This document shows positions 54,717-64,000 of a DNA stretch of 64,000 bases, one piece after another. Every line of letters begins with the position of its first letter. Within the stretch, counting starts at the first letter, position 1. Source of the DNA: Nannocystis bainbridge (lineage in GTDB: Bacteria; Myxococcota_A; Polyangia; Nannocystales; Nannocystaceae); assembly GCF_028368995.1 (NCBI RefSeq), contig NZ_JAQNDL010000003.1:2272001-2336000 (forward strand). The letters are read 5' to 3'. A program made the translations under genes and the position numbers. A model generated the notes under the pieces. That model was not told the origin of the DNA. It made no database searches and worked only from the letters and a program-made list of their open reading frames with translations.

Positions 54717-56480
54717 ATGCAGCAGCCCAAGCCCGGCCTCGCCCTCGCCCTCGTCATCGCGGCCTGCGGCGACGGCGGGGCCGTCATGACCGAAGGGACA
54801 GGTTCGGCCACCACTGGCGGCGAAGCCACCGGCGGCCCGACCGGCGCCTCGACCGGCAGCGAGGGCACCACCGGCGGTCCCACCGACGCCAGCAGCGCGA
54901 CCGCCGGCCCCACCACGGCTACCACCACGGGCCTCACCACCGGCGACCCCACCGACACCGGCGAACCGCCCCCGCCTCCGCCCGCCGGCACCTGCGAAGT
55001 CCCGGTCGAGCTCGCCGACACCGCTCGCCCGACCGCGGTCGTCGGCGACGGCACCCCTGCCAGCTGCACCGAGGCCGCGCTGATCGTCGCCGTCGCCGGC
55101 GGCGGCGTCGTCACCTTCGACTGCGGCGGCCCTGTCACCATCACCCTCGCCCAGCCGCTGAAGGTCACCGGCGACCTCGTCCTCGACGGCGACCACCAGG
55201 TCACCCTCTCGGGCGGCGGCGTCACGCGGATCCTCGACATGGACACCGGCAACTTCGAGGCGCAGGGCCCGAACCTCACCGTCCAGCGCCTGCGCTTCAT
55301 CGACGCCAAAGCCACCGGCACCGAGACCCCGCTCGGCACCGACGTCGACGGCGGCGGCGGAGCCATCTTCCACCTCGGCGGCAACGTCACCGCCATCGAC
55401 AGCACCTTCGAGAACAACGAGGCCGCCACCTGGGGCCCCGACGTCGCCGGCGGCGCCATCTACGGCATCGGCGTCGGCGCCACCACCATCGTCGGCTGCA
55501 CCTTTCACGACAACCGCGCGGCCAACGGCGGCGCCGTCGGGGCGCTGCACACCGCCCTCACGATCGTCAACTCCACCTTCACCGCCAACGAGGCCACCGG
55601 GCGCGGCGCCAACTACATCGACATGATGGGCCAGCAGGCCGGCAACGGCGGCAACGGCGGCGCGATCGTCATGGACGGCAGCGGCCGCGCGCTCGAGATC
55701 TGCGGCGCCACCGTGCAGGGCAACCGCGCCGGCGCCTTCGGGGCCGCGCTGTTCCGCACCGGCTACGAGGGCGAGTCCACGATCATCGATCGCAGCACCT
55801 TCGCCGACAATCAGATCCCCGACCACGACGACGACGCCTCGCCCAGCAGCGGCGCCCTCTACATTCAGGGCACCGCCGTCACCCTCACCAACTCGACCAT
55901 CTCCGGCAACAAGGCCCGCGGCTCCGCCGGCCTGTGGATCCTCGGCCACGGGGCCCAGCCCGCCGTCGCCGACCTCACCAACGTCACCATCACCGGCAAT
56001 TCGACCTGGCCGCAGCCCGAATTCACCATGCGCGGGATCGGTGCCGGCCTCACCATCGGCGACGACACCACCGGCACCCTCCTCAACTGTACGATCGCCG
56101 GCAACGCCGCCCAGTTCGGGTCTGGCATCCTGCGCGTCACCCCGCTCGTGGTCCGCAACACCATCATCAGCAACGACGCCGAGAATCAGTACACCCCGCT
56201 CAATTGCACCGGCTCGATGTTCGCCACTCCGCCGGGCACCGGCGAGCACAACATCCAGTGGCCGACCGGCCCCCAGGACGACATGGACTGCACGCCGGCG
56301 ATCTCCCGCGTCGACCCTCTGCTCGGCGCGCTGGCCGACAACGGCGGCCCGACGCAGACGCTCGCCCCGCTCGCCGGCAGCCCGGCCCTCGCGGCCGGCA
56401 GCGACTGCCCGCCCACCGACCAGCGCGGCGAACCCCGCGGCGACCCGTGCACCATCGGCGCCCTCGAATCAGCCCTGTGA
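54717..56480 (+). CDS. Lipoprotein with right-handed beta-helix (Pmp-like) repeats and choice-of-anchor-Q-like C-terminus
   Basis: IAAC lipobox; GGAI and FxxN repeats; DPLLGALADNGGPTQT...DQRG...IGALE. Confidence 0.85.
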   Translation: MQQPKPGLALALVIAACGDGGAVMTEGTGSATTGGEATGGPTGASTGSEGTTGGPTDASSATAGPTTATTTGLTTGDPTDTGEPPPPPPAGTCEVPVELADTARPTAVVGDGTPASCTEAALIVAVAGGGVVTFDCGGPVTITLAQPLKVTGDLVLDGDHQVTLSGGGVTRILDMDTGNFEAQGPNLTVQRLRFIDAKATGTETPLGTDVDGGGGAIFHLGGNVTAIDSTFENNEAATWGPDVAGGAIYGIGVGATTIVGCTFHDNRAANGGAVGALHTALTIVNSTFTANEATGRGANYIDMMGQQAGNGGNGGAIVMDGSGRALEICGATVQGNRAGAFGAALFRTGYEGESTIIDRSTFADNQIPDHDDDASPSSGALYIQGTAVTLTNSTISGNKARGSAGLWILGHGAQPAVADLTNVTITGNSTWPQPEFTMRGIGAGLTIGDDTTGTLLNCTIAGNAAQFGSGILRVTPLVVRNTIISNDAENQYTPLNCTGSMFATPPGTGEHNIQWPTGPQDDMDCTPAISRVDPLLGALADNGGPTQTLAPLAGSPALAAGSDCPPTDQRGEPRGDPCTIGALESAL

Positions 56481-56488
56481 GACTTGCA

Positions 56489-56585
56489 TGCGCCTTGGAA
56501 CATGTTCAATCGAACATGTCCAAAACGCCATGCCATCATTCCCAGCGCCGCGGGACATGTCCATTCAGACATGTCCCGCGCGCCA
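56489..56585. repeat. Phased 14-bp TG..CA array between convergent genes
   Basis: tgcgccttggaaca, tgttcaatcgaaca, tgtccaaaacgcca, tgccatcattccca, one 13-bp unit, tgtccattcagaca, tgtcccgcgcgcca. Confidence 0.85.
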
Positions 56586-56631
56586 GCTACGCATTCACCA
56601 GCGATGACCCGCGCGGATCATCGCCCCGCCG

Positions 56632-57153
56632 TCACAGCCGGACCAGCCCGGTGCGCAGCATGTACACGAAGCGGCGCCGCTGCTCCTCGGCCAGCAGCGC
56701 GTGGATCTTGCCCACGGCCACCTGCACCGCCTTCTGCACGCGTTCGGCCGAGCGCGTGCGTTCGGCCGCGATCGCCGACGCCGCGGCCTCGTCGAACGTC
56801 TCGGCCGCCAGCAGATCGGCGTAGCCGCCGCTGGTGCGGCGGAGGTCGAGCTCGGCTTGCGCGCGCTCGACCTTGAGCCCGTCGAGGATCACCGCCAGCT
56901 CGCTGACCTGTCGCTCGTCGAGCCCCAGCTTGTACGCCAGGAACCGCAGCGGCCGGCGCACGCCGAACGGACCGCCGCCCCAGAAGAAGCCCTCCGGGCC
57001 GCCGCCGGGCTCGCCACCATCGCCACCGGGGCCATCACTGTCGCCGCAGCGACCTCTACCAAACCCACCACAAACGGCGCCCTCATACCCGTAATGCCGA
57101 GACGGGGCCACCCGGCGCGCGAACCCGCGCCACGCAGAGAACCAGGGATGCAT
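56632..57153 (-). CDS. Spy/CpxP-like (LTXXQ) protein
   Basis: Gly-rich N-terminus; KLGLDERQ and ALLAEEQR motifs. Confidence 0.7.
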   Translation of the reverse strand: MHPWFSAWRGFARRVAPSRHYGYEGAVCGGFGRGRCGDSDGPGGDGGEPGGGPEGFFWGGGPFGVRRPLRFLAYKLGLDERQVSELAVILDGLKVERAQAELDLRRTSGGYADLLAAETFDEAAASAIAAERTRSAERVQKAVQVAVGKIHALLAEEQRRRFVYMLRTGLVRL

Positions 57154-57364
57154 GATTGTCGCTTTCTGCCGGGGCTCTCGCTCCCGGCGCTGTCCGGACC
57201 GCGCGGGCGAAAGCCTCGCGCGTCCTTCGAGTATTCGGTCCGGGCCTGCGGCTGTCAACCGCCGGTCGCCGGCGAACCGGCGAAGCGGGCGCCGGGCTCG
57301 CCGCGCGCGCCGGTCCCCGGGCTACGCGCAGGCGGCGAATCATCGCCCTCTCCGTTCGCCGGCC

Positions 57365-58363
57365 TCAGCCGGGCGCGCCGGGCTTGAACCACTCGAACTG
57401 ATTGGGCCACACGAAATTGTTGAACGCCACGCTGATGCTGACATCGAGCGCGCGCACGTGGTGCCACCAGCCGACCGGCAGGAACAGCGCCTCGCCTGGC
57501 AGCAGCACCAGGTCGAGCCCGCACTCCGCCAGCGCCGAGCCTGCCGCCTCCGGGTCGAGCGTGCTGTAGACCCCGCGCGCCGCCGCCAGCAGCTGCGGCT
57601 CGTCGGGCGCGTAAAGGCGGAAGCGTTTGCGGCCCACCACCTGGAAGAACAGGATGTTCGAGGTGTCGTGGTGCAGCGACGTCACCGTGCCCGCCGGTCC
57701 GAACCACAGCGCCCCGCAGCTGGCGCTGCGCGCCTCGTCGAAGTAACCCGCCGGCAGCACGATGTCCGCCAGCAGCCCCGCCAGCCCCGGTCGTGCCAGG
57801 TTGCGGTTGTTGGCGATCAGGTACAGGTCGTTCGTCTCGCCGGCCGCGAGCACACGATCGACGTAGTCGCCGAGCGTCGTCCGTCGCACGTGCTGCTTGA
57901 AGCGCACGTCCGGATCGTCGTCGCCCGCGCGACCGATCGACATCTCGATCTCCGCCGCCCCGAAGCGCGCCCGCAGGTCCGCCGGACTCCAGCGCGAGAA
58001 CGCCGGCCAGCGCGGCACCACGTCGTTCAAGATCACCGGCGTGCCCGTCGCCCAGTAATTTCTTAAAAACTCCGACGGCGAGGGCGCCGGGCGGCGCTCG
58101 ATCTGCGGCGCCGCGGCCCGCAGCGTCCGTCGCAGCCGATTCACCAGCGCCTCGCGCCGCAGCCCCGCCGCCACCGCTCGCGCGCCCGCCAGCTCGGCCG
58201 AGCCACGCGCTCGCGCCAGCGCCCCGGCGATCGTCGCTGCCGGCACCCCGCGCTCTGCCAGCGCCGCCCGGATCGCCGCCTCGTCCGCGCCGCGCAGCAG
58301 GTTCTCGACCAGCCACGCGCGGAACGCCGGCGCCAGCGTGGCCCGCCCGCGCCGCGCCGACAT
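57365..58363 (-). CDS. JmjC (cupin_8) 2OG/Fe(II) oxygenase
   Basis: PVIL...WPA, LWFGPAGTVTSLHHD (HxD), QVVGRKRF, PGEALFLPVGWWHHV. Confidence 0.9.
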   Translation of the reverse strand: MSARRGRATLAPAFRAWLVENLLRGADEAAIRAALAERGVPAATIAGALARARGSAELAGARAVAAGLRREALVNRLRRTLRAAAPQIERRPAPSPSEFLRNYWATGTPVILNDVVPRWPAFSRWSPADLRARFGAAEIEMSIGRAGDDDPDVRFKQHVRRTTLGDYVDRVLAAGETNDLYLIANNRNLARPGLAGLLADIVLPAGYFDEARSASCGALWFGPAGTVTSLHHDTSNILFFQVVGRKRFRLYAPDEPQLLAAARGVYSTLDPEAAGSALAECGLDLVLLPGEALFLPVGWWHHVRALDVSISVAFNNFVWPNQFEWFKPGAPG

Positions 58364-58369
58364 TTTTAC

Positions 58370-58439
58370 CGATCTCAGGGACATGCTCTAAAAACCATGC
58401 TCGTTAGCACATGTCCATGTGAACATGTCCTCGAGGACA
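58370..58439. repeat. Phased 14-bp array upstream of the JmjC gene
   Basis: cgatctcagggaca, tgctctaaaaacca, tgctcgttagcaca, tgtccatgtgaaca, tgtcctcgaggaca. Confidence 0.85.
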
Positions 58440-58484
58440 TCTGGTCCCGCCGCCCGGCGACGGTCCCGAGGCGTCCCCCGCCAT

Positions 58485-59000
58485 TCACGGTCCCGTCGTC
58501 TGCGGCGGCGGCATCGGCGGGATCGCCGTCGTCCCGTCTCCCGTCGTCGTGTCCGGCGGCGGCATCGGTGGGATCGCCGTCGTCCCGTCCCCCGTCGTGT
58601 CTGGTGGCGGCATCGGCGGGATCGCCGTCGTCGCCTCCCCCGTCGTCGTCTCGGGTGGCGGCATCGGCGGCACCGCCGTCGTCCCGATCGTCTCCTCGTC
58701 CTCGGTCGTCGGCTGCGGCATCGGCGGCACCGCCGTCGTGCTCTCGGTCGCCGACGCGCTCGTCGTGCCCTCGGTCGGCGTCGGCGGCACCATCGGCGGG
58801 ATCGCCGTCGTGAACATCGGCGTGATCGTCGGGTCGTAGCTCGTCGTCGACGGCGTCTGCGTCGTCTCGCTCGTCGCCTCGCTGGTCTTGTTCTCCATGC
58901 CGCAGGCGCTGCTGCCGAGCGTCACCGCGATCAGCGTCGTGCGCACCAGCGCCGGTCCTGGCGGCAGCGGCGTGAGCGAGGGAGGTTTGGGCGCGGTCAT
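58485..59000 (-). CDS. Thr/Pro-rich lipoprotein with six TTA(I/V)PPM repeats
   Basis: MTAPK...LIAVTLGSSAC, then TTAIPPMVPP, TTAVPPMPQP, TTAVPPMPPP and TTAIPPMPPP three times. Confidence 0.8.
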   Translation of the reverse strand: MTAPKPPSLTPLPPGPALVRTTLIAVTLGSSACGMENKTSEATSETTQTPSTTSYDPTITPMFTTAIPPMVPPTPTEGTTSASATESTTAVPPMPQPTTEDEETIGTTAVPPMPPPETTTGEATTAIPPMPPPDTTGDGTTAIPPMPPPDTTTGDGTTAIPPMPPPQTTGP

Positions 59001-59032
59001 CCTCTGCAGCGGACGATTTCCGCCGCGGCCTG

Positions 59033-59881
59033 TCAAGCCTCGCCGCGCCGCGCCGCCACGGCCGCCGCTGCAATCATGAGCCCGCCGCCGAGCGCCAGCC
59101 GCAGCAGGTCGGCCTGCTCCTGGAAGATCGTCAGCGCCACCAGCACCCCGAGCGGCACCTTCAGGTTGTTGGCCACCGCGAGCGCGCCCGCGCCGACCTG
59201 CACCGCCCCGCGGTTCCACAGATAAAAGCCCGCGCCCGTCGCCAGCACCCCGAGGTACGCGAACACCAGCCACTGCGTGCCTGACACCTTCGTCAGCGTC
59301 GCCCAGCCTCCGCTCAGGGTCGCCGCGATCACCGTCACCGCGATCCCGCCCAGGTACAGCAGCGCGATGACCTCGCGGTCGCGCAGATCGGTCCGCTCGC
59401 GCCGCAGCCGACGGTACGCCGCCTGCCCCCACGCGAAGCACAGGCTCGACAGCTGCACCAACACGAACCCGAGCCACGCCACCCCTGCGCCCTCGCGATG
59501 CTGGATCACCGCCGCGCCTGCCGCCGCCACCGCCGCCAGCCCGACATTGACCACATCGAACCGGCGCGCGTACGCGTCGCAGATCAGCGCCACGTACAGC
59601 GGCGTCAGCACCGTGTACAGCACCACCTCGTGGGCCGCCGCGAACTGGAACGCGGTGATGTAGCCGACGTACATCAGCCCGTACTGCACCGCCCCGATCG
59701 TCATCAACCGCGCGACGAGGCCGGGCCCCAGCCCGCGCACGCGCAGCAGCGGCAGGAACAGCGGCACCGCCAGCAGCAGCCGCATCGCCGCCACGAAGTT
59801 CGGATCGAGGCCGCCCAGGTGGCGCTTGATCAGCCCGAAGGAGAACGCCCAGAGCAGGGTCGCCGCGAGCAAGGAGCGCAT
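59033..59881 (-). CDS. EamA/DMT-family transporter
   Basis: LLWAFSFGLIK, RLLLA, YLGVLATGAGFYLWNRG; about ten TM segments. Confidence 0.9.
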   Translation of the reverse strand: MRSLLAATLLWAFSFGLIKRHLGGLDPNFVAAMRLLLAVPLFLPLLRVRGLGPGLVARLMTIGAVQYGLMYVGYITAFQFAAAHEVVLYTVLTPLYVALICDAYARRFDVVNVGLAAVAAAGAAVIQHREGAGVAWLGFVLVQLSSLCFAWGQAAYRRLRRERTDLRDREVIALLYLGGIAVTVIAATLSGGWATLTKVSGTQWLVFAYLGVLATGAGFYLWNRGAVQVGAGALAVANNLKVPLGVLVALTIFQEQADLLRLALGGGLMIAAAAVAARRGEA

Positions 59882-59979
59882 GGCCTGGCCGCCATCCCGC
59901 AGTTCGGGCGCGCATGCAAGCCCGGCCCACGCGCGCAATTGCACACGGCGACCGCTCTCTCACCGTGGCAGCATCACGC

Positions 59980-60543
59980 ATGGCCGCCACGGTCCCCGGC
60001 CTGCGCCTCAAGCCTGCGTGGATCTCCGCCGAGCGCGAGCGGGACCTCCTCGCCGCCATCGACGCCCTCCCGTGGGACGACGGCCTGCGCCGCCGCGTCC
60101 AGCACCACGGTTACCGCTACGCCTACCGCGGCCGCAAAGTCGAAGCCGCCGAGCCGCTCGGGCCGCTGCCTGCGTGGGCCGCCGAGCTGGCCGCGAGGCT
60201 GCACGCCGAAGCCGTCTTCACCTGTCCTCCGGACCAGGTCATCGTCAACGAGTACCTGCCTGGCCAGGGGATCTCCGCCCACATCGACTGCGTCCCCTGC
60301 TTCGGCCCGGTGGTCGCCTCTCTCAGCCTCGGCAGCGGCGCGACCATGGCGCTGTCGCATCCTGACACGGGCTCGCGGGCCGACGTGTGGCTCGCCCCGC
60401 GCAGCCTCCTGATCCTCGCCGACGACGCGCGCTACCGCTGGCGCCACGCCATCCCCGCGCGCCGGAGCGACCCCGATCGCGGCCCACGCGGCCGTCGCCT
60501 GTCGCTGACCTTCCGCACCGTCCTCCGCGATCTCCGCCGCTGA
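59980..60543 (+). CDS. AlkB-family 2OG/Fe(II) dioxygenase
   Basis: RRVQHHGYRY, VNEYLPGQGISAHID, SLSLGS, RYRWRHAI, RLSLTFR. Confidence 0.9.
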   Translation: MAATVPGLRLKPAWISAERERDLLAAIDALPWDDGLRRRVQHHGYRYAYRGRKVEAAEPLGPLPAWAAELAARLHAEAVFTCPPDQVIVNEYLPGQGISAHIDCVPCFGPVVASLSLGSGATMALSHPDTGSRADVWLAPRSLLILADDARYRWRHAIPARRSDPDRGPRGRRLSLTFRTVLRDLRR

Positions 60544-60591
60544 TCGCGGTCCCACGTCCGTTCCGGGGCTGCCGCGTTACACTCGACCATC

Positions 60592-62730
60592 GTGTCTGCC
60601 GCGCCCCGGACCCTCGCCGTCGCAGCCGTCCTCCTCGTCGGCGACCTCGTCGCCGGACCGGCCCGCGCCGACAACCTGCACATCGACGTCCAGGCGAACC
60701 CCGAGCGCAACTTCATCCCGGTGCAGGAGCTCTCCTACGAGGCGATCGTCGCCGGGGTCGACGGCTACAAGGTCGACCTGCGCCTGCGCATCGCGCTCCA
60801 CAACGCCAGCAAGCGCCGCCAGGACGCGGTCCTCAGCCTCGCCTTGCCCCGCGACGCCGAGCTCGTCGGCCTCGCCGTGGCGCGCGACGGCACCTGGAGC
60901 CCCGGTCGTCCTGCCGGCGTCGCCGTCGAGCCGGCCCACCGCGCCTCCGGCACCGTCTTCGCCCGCGCCCTCGCGCCTGCCGTCGCCGGCGACCTGCCGG
61001 CCGCCGAGGTCGTCGTCTTCAACCTCGACCCCGAGACCAGCATTCAGCTCGAGCTGCAGCTCAAGGCCCCGCCGCGGCTGCGGGCCGACCGCTGGGAGCT
61101 CGAGCTGCCGGGCCGCGGCGACGACCGCTGGGGCCTCGCGCCCGAGCGCCGCGTCATCGTCCAGGGCAGCCGCCCTGGCGAGACCGCCCGCTTCTGGCTC
61201 GACGACCGCGCCAGCGACGGCGCCGCCGTGCTCGTCTCGCACCCCGAGGAGCGGTCCGTCGTCTCCTGGCCTCATAAACATGTCTCGAAGGACAGGAGCA
61301 TCCTCGACGGCCACCTCGAGCTCGTGCCCGACCCGACCCCTCCGGGCGGCAAGGCCAGGAGCGGCCGCTTCCGCGCCTACCTGCGCCTCGGCGCCGCCCC
61401 GCCGCCGCGGCCCGACCACGTCGTCGTCGTGCTCGACCGCTCGCGCAGCACCGCCCCCGACCTCCACCGCGACGCCTTCGCCGCGATCGCCGGCCTGTTC
61501 GACGAGCTGCCGCCGAGCCTCACCTTCGACGCCATCAGCTTCGCCCGCACCGCCCGGCCCCTGCTCGAAGGCGGCGAGTTCCCTGGCGTGCGCGACCGCG
61601 GCGCCCGCGACCGCGTCGCCGCGGCCCTCGACGCCGGCGCCCGCGAACAGGGCACCGACCTCGCCGCCGCCCTCGCCCTCGCCGGCCGCCGGATCGCCGC
61701 TCGCGGGGCCCGCCGCCCGCTCGTCGTCGTCATCACCGACGGCATGCTGCCCGCCAGCATCGGCGCGCGCCAGATCGGGGATGTCTTTTCGGACAGCCTC
61801 GCCAACTCCGCCCGCCCCGAGCTGCTCTTCATCGTCGACGAGCCGATGCTGCTGCGCGGCGGCATCACCCCGCAGCACCCGATCGCCAGCGTCGCCACCG
61901 CGCTCGGGGCCCGCATCAGCCTCGAGTCGCTGGCCCAGCACGCCCGCCGCAGCGGCGGCGAACCGCCCGAGGGCCTCACCGAAGCCCTGCTGGCCGCCCC
62001 CGCCGTCCTCTCCGACCTCGAGCTGTCGCTGCCGCGCCGCGCCAGCCTCGACGAGCCGGCCCCTGGCGCCCTCGTCGCCGGCAACGTGCTCGTCGTCCGC
62101 GGCCGCTACACCGGCGCCCCGCCGAGCGTCGGCGTGCGCGGCAAGCTGGCCGGCGCGCGCACCAGCCGGACCTTGCGCGCCGTCACCACGCCGCCGCCGC
62201 CCGCCGCCCTGGTCGCCTCGTTCGGCGTCGCCGACCTCGAGCGCGCCGCCGCCGACGGCTTCACGCGCCCGCCGTGGTTCGGCCTCAATCAACAGCGCGT
62301 GGCCCGGCTCGGCATCACCTGGGCCGGCCGCGGCAACGGCGAAGAGCGCGGCTTCCTCGACGAGAAGATCTTCCGCAACTACCTCGGGATCCGCGTGTTC
62401 CCCCGCGCCCGCGCCTGTTTCAATAAGGGGCTCATGCGCGACCAGCAGCTCGGCGGCAAGGTCGTGTTCGAGATCGAGGTCGGCAAGGGCGAGGTGATGT
62501 TCGCCAGGGTCGACACCACCGGCCTCGCGCGCCGCGAGCCCGGCTTCGAGGCCTGCCTGCTCGAGGCCGCCTGGGCGCTCGAGATCCCCGCCGGCCGCCT
62601 CGACGACCAGATCTACCGCCTCCGCTACCCCGTGGTCTTCAACCCGCCGTCGGGCGGCCGCCCGGCCATGGAAGACGACCCGCTCGGCCCGGGCACCGTC
62701 GAGCTCCTGCTCGGCCTGCCGAACCGCTGA
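60592..62730 (+). CDS. Exported VIT-like / vWA-domain protein with TonB-C/AgmX-like C-terminal domain
   Basis: Signal peptide; MIDAS-like LDRSRS, GTDL, ITDG; RACF...GKVVFEIEV...CL...YPVVF. Confidence 0.7.
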   Translation: MSAAPRTLAVAAVLLVGDLVAGPARADNLHIDVQANPERNFIPVQELSYEAIVAGVDGYKVDLRLRIALHNASKRRQDAVLSLALPRDAELVGLAVARDGTWSPGRPAGVAVEPAHRASGTVFARALAPAVAGDLPAAEVVVFNLDPETSIQLELQLKAPPRLRADRWELELPGRGDDRWGLAPERRVIVQGSRPGETARFWLDDRASDGAAVLVSHPEERSVVSWPHKHVSKDRSILDGHLELVPDPTPPGGKARSGRFRAYLRLGAAPPPRPDHVVVVLDRSRSTAPDLHRDAFAAIAGLFDELPPSLTFDAISFARTARPLLEGGEFPGVRDRGARDRVAAALDAGAREQGTDLAAALALAGRRIAARGARRPLVVVITDGMLPASIGARQIGDVFSDSLANSARPELLFIVDEPMLLRGGITPQHPIASVATALGARISLESLAQHARRSGGEPPEGLTEALLAAPAVLSDLELSLPRRASLDEPAPGALVAGNVLVVRGRYTGAPPSVGVRGKLAGARTSRTLRAVTTPPPPAALVASFGVADLERAAADGFTRPPWFGLNQQRVARLGITWAGRGNGEERGFLDEKIFRNYLGIRVFPRARACFNKGLMRDQQLGGKVVFEIEVGKGEVMFARVDTTGLARREPGFEACLLEAAWALEIPAGRLDDQIYRLRYPVVFNPPSGGRPAMEDDPLGPGTVELLLGLPNR

Positions 62731-62738
62731 TCACGGGC

Positions 62739-62822
62739 TGTCCCGGAGAGCATGCCCTCCGGGACATGCTCTTCACGACATGACCGAACAGACATGCCTC
62801 GAAAGGCATGTCCATAAGCGCA
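62739..62822. repeat. Six-unit phased 14-bp TG-N10-CA array filling a convergent intergenic gap
   Basis: tgtcccggagagca, tgccctccgggaca, tgctcttcacgaca, tgaccgaacagaca, tgcctcgaaaggca, tgtccataagcgca. Confidence 0.92.
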
Positions 62823-64000
62823 TCACTCGCCCGCCCGCACCCCGAGCGCGCGCTCGAGGTCGCGGATCCGGATCTCCTGCAGCTCTTGCTCGATCCGCCC
62901 GCGCTCCTCGTGCAGCGAGTAGTCCGTCTCCGTCGCCGCCAGCCCCTCGATCATGCGCTCGATCGTGCGGGTCAGCCCGCCCGGCCCGAAGAACTGCCCG
63001 CCCTCCGCCTCCAGCCCCTCCGCCGTCTCGCGCAGGTTCACCGCCATCATCCCCAGGCTGTCCGCCGCCGCCAGCGTCATCTCTCTGCGCCGCCGCTGCT
63101 GTGCCGCCTCGACCTTGGCGATCTTCGCGTCGAGCCGCAGCCACTCCTTGAGCCGCGCCCTGTACCCCGGCGACTGCGGCACCTTCTCGAGCGCCCCCTG
63201 GGTCGCCGACGGGAACCGCCAGTACGGCTGGTTGCGCGACGGGTCCCAGCGCTCGCCCTCGTCCCCGGCGCGGCCCATGAAGATCCCCAGCGGCAGCGCG
63301 TGGTCCAGCATCAGCGTCGCCGCCGCGCCCGCGCTCGTCACGATCGGCCCGACCTGGGCCACCCGCGGCTGCCATTTGCGCGCCGATCCGCGCTCGACCT
63401 GCGGAGCAAACTTCGGGTCGGTCGAGATCGTCAGCGTCGAGCCGACCAGCGCCACATGGACATCGCGCCACGCCGGCACCGTCACCACGTGCCCGCCCCC
63501 CTTGCCGCGCTTGACCTTGAGCCCGGATCGACCGAGCGACGAGCCCGGGATCTTCGCCATCGTCACCGCGACCAGCGTCGCCGCCGTCGTCGCGCTCTTG
63601 AACCCGAGCGCGAGGTTGAACCCGAGCTCCGCCTTGTTGCCCGCGCGGGCCAGCGCCCGCGCGTCCGCGGTCGTCAGCGCGAAGCTCACCGCCCCGTCGA
63701 GCAGCTCGAGCGCCGTCCGCGGCTCGCCGCCGATCTCCCGCTGCAGCGTCGCGAACAGCGCGTCGACGCTCTGGCCGTCGGCCCGCAGCAGCACGTCGAG
63801 CGCCGCCAGCCCCTCGTTCACGTCGAGGTTGCCGCTGGTCCCCAGCAGCACCCGCTCGCTCGCCGCCGTGATCGCCAGCGGCGGCGTCGTCCCCGGCTGC
63901 AGCGCCTTCCGCAGCAGCGCCGTCTCCGGCGCCCGCGTCCGCGCCGTCCCCGTGATCGCCTCGGGCCCCAGCGACAGCCCCAGCGCGATCGGCCCCAGCG
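62823..64000 (-). CDS. Hypothetical protein (5' end outside the window)
   Basis: Open minus-strand frame with typical codon usage continuing past 63851 to the window end. Confidence 0.7.
   Translation of the reverse strand, partial: LGPIALGLSLGPEAITGTARTRAPETALLRKALQPGTTPPLAITAASERVLLGTSGNLDVNEGLAALDVLLRADGQSVDALFATLQREIGGEPRTALELLDGAVSFALTTADARALARAGNKAELGFNLALGFKSATTAATLVAVTMAKIPGSSLGRSGLKVKRGKGGGHVVTVPAWRDVHVALVGSTLTISTDPKFAPQVERGSARKWQPRVAQVGPIVTSAGAAATLMLDHALPLGIFMGRAGDEGERWDPSRNQPYWRFPSATQGALEKVPQSPGYRARLKEWLRLDAKIAKVEAAQQRRRREMTLAAADSLGMMAVNLRETAEGLEAEGGQFFGPGGLTRTIERMIEGLAATETDYSLHEERGRIEQELQEIRIRDLERALGVRAGE

Overview
A very GC-rich chromosomal segment. The gene content (Cys-rich lipoproteins, DUF4215-type repeats, PAS-STAS paralogs) suggests a myxobacterium, probably Nannocystis-like; this is inferred, not tested. 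It holds about 50 CDS, including rpsB-tsf-pyrH-frr, pcnB, an M16 peptidase pair, a terpene synthase, MddA- and DmdB-like genes, an orphan DNA methyltransferase and one complete IS110 element. Four things stand out. (1) The IS110 element (43120-44524) has a left end encoding a bridge-type RNA with one donor-binding loop and two target-binding loops carrying different right guides; the present insertion site matches the distal loop. (2) A 14-bp palindrome, TGTC-N6-GACA, occurs about 41 times as an exact match (hand count; under 1 expected by chance). It lies inside and between genes and forms head-to-tail arrays with a 14-bp period. (3) A cytochrome P450 carries motifs of animal CYP7A/7B/8B sterol hydroxylases. 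(4) A JmjC oxygenase lies directly downstream of a lipoprotein with six TTA(I/V)PPM repeats. No rRNA, tRNA or CRISPR array was recognised. All family calls come from motif recognition by eye; no database searches were run.
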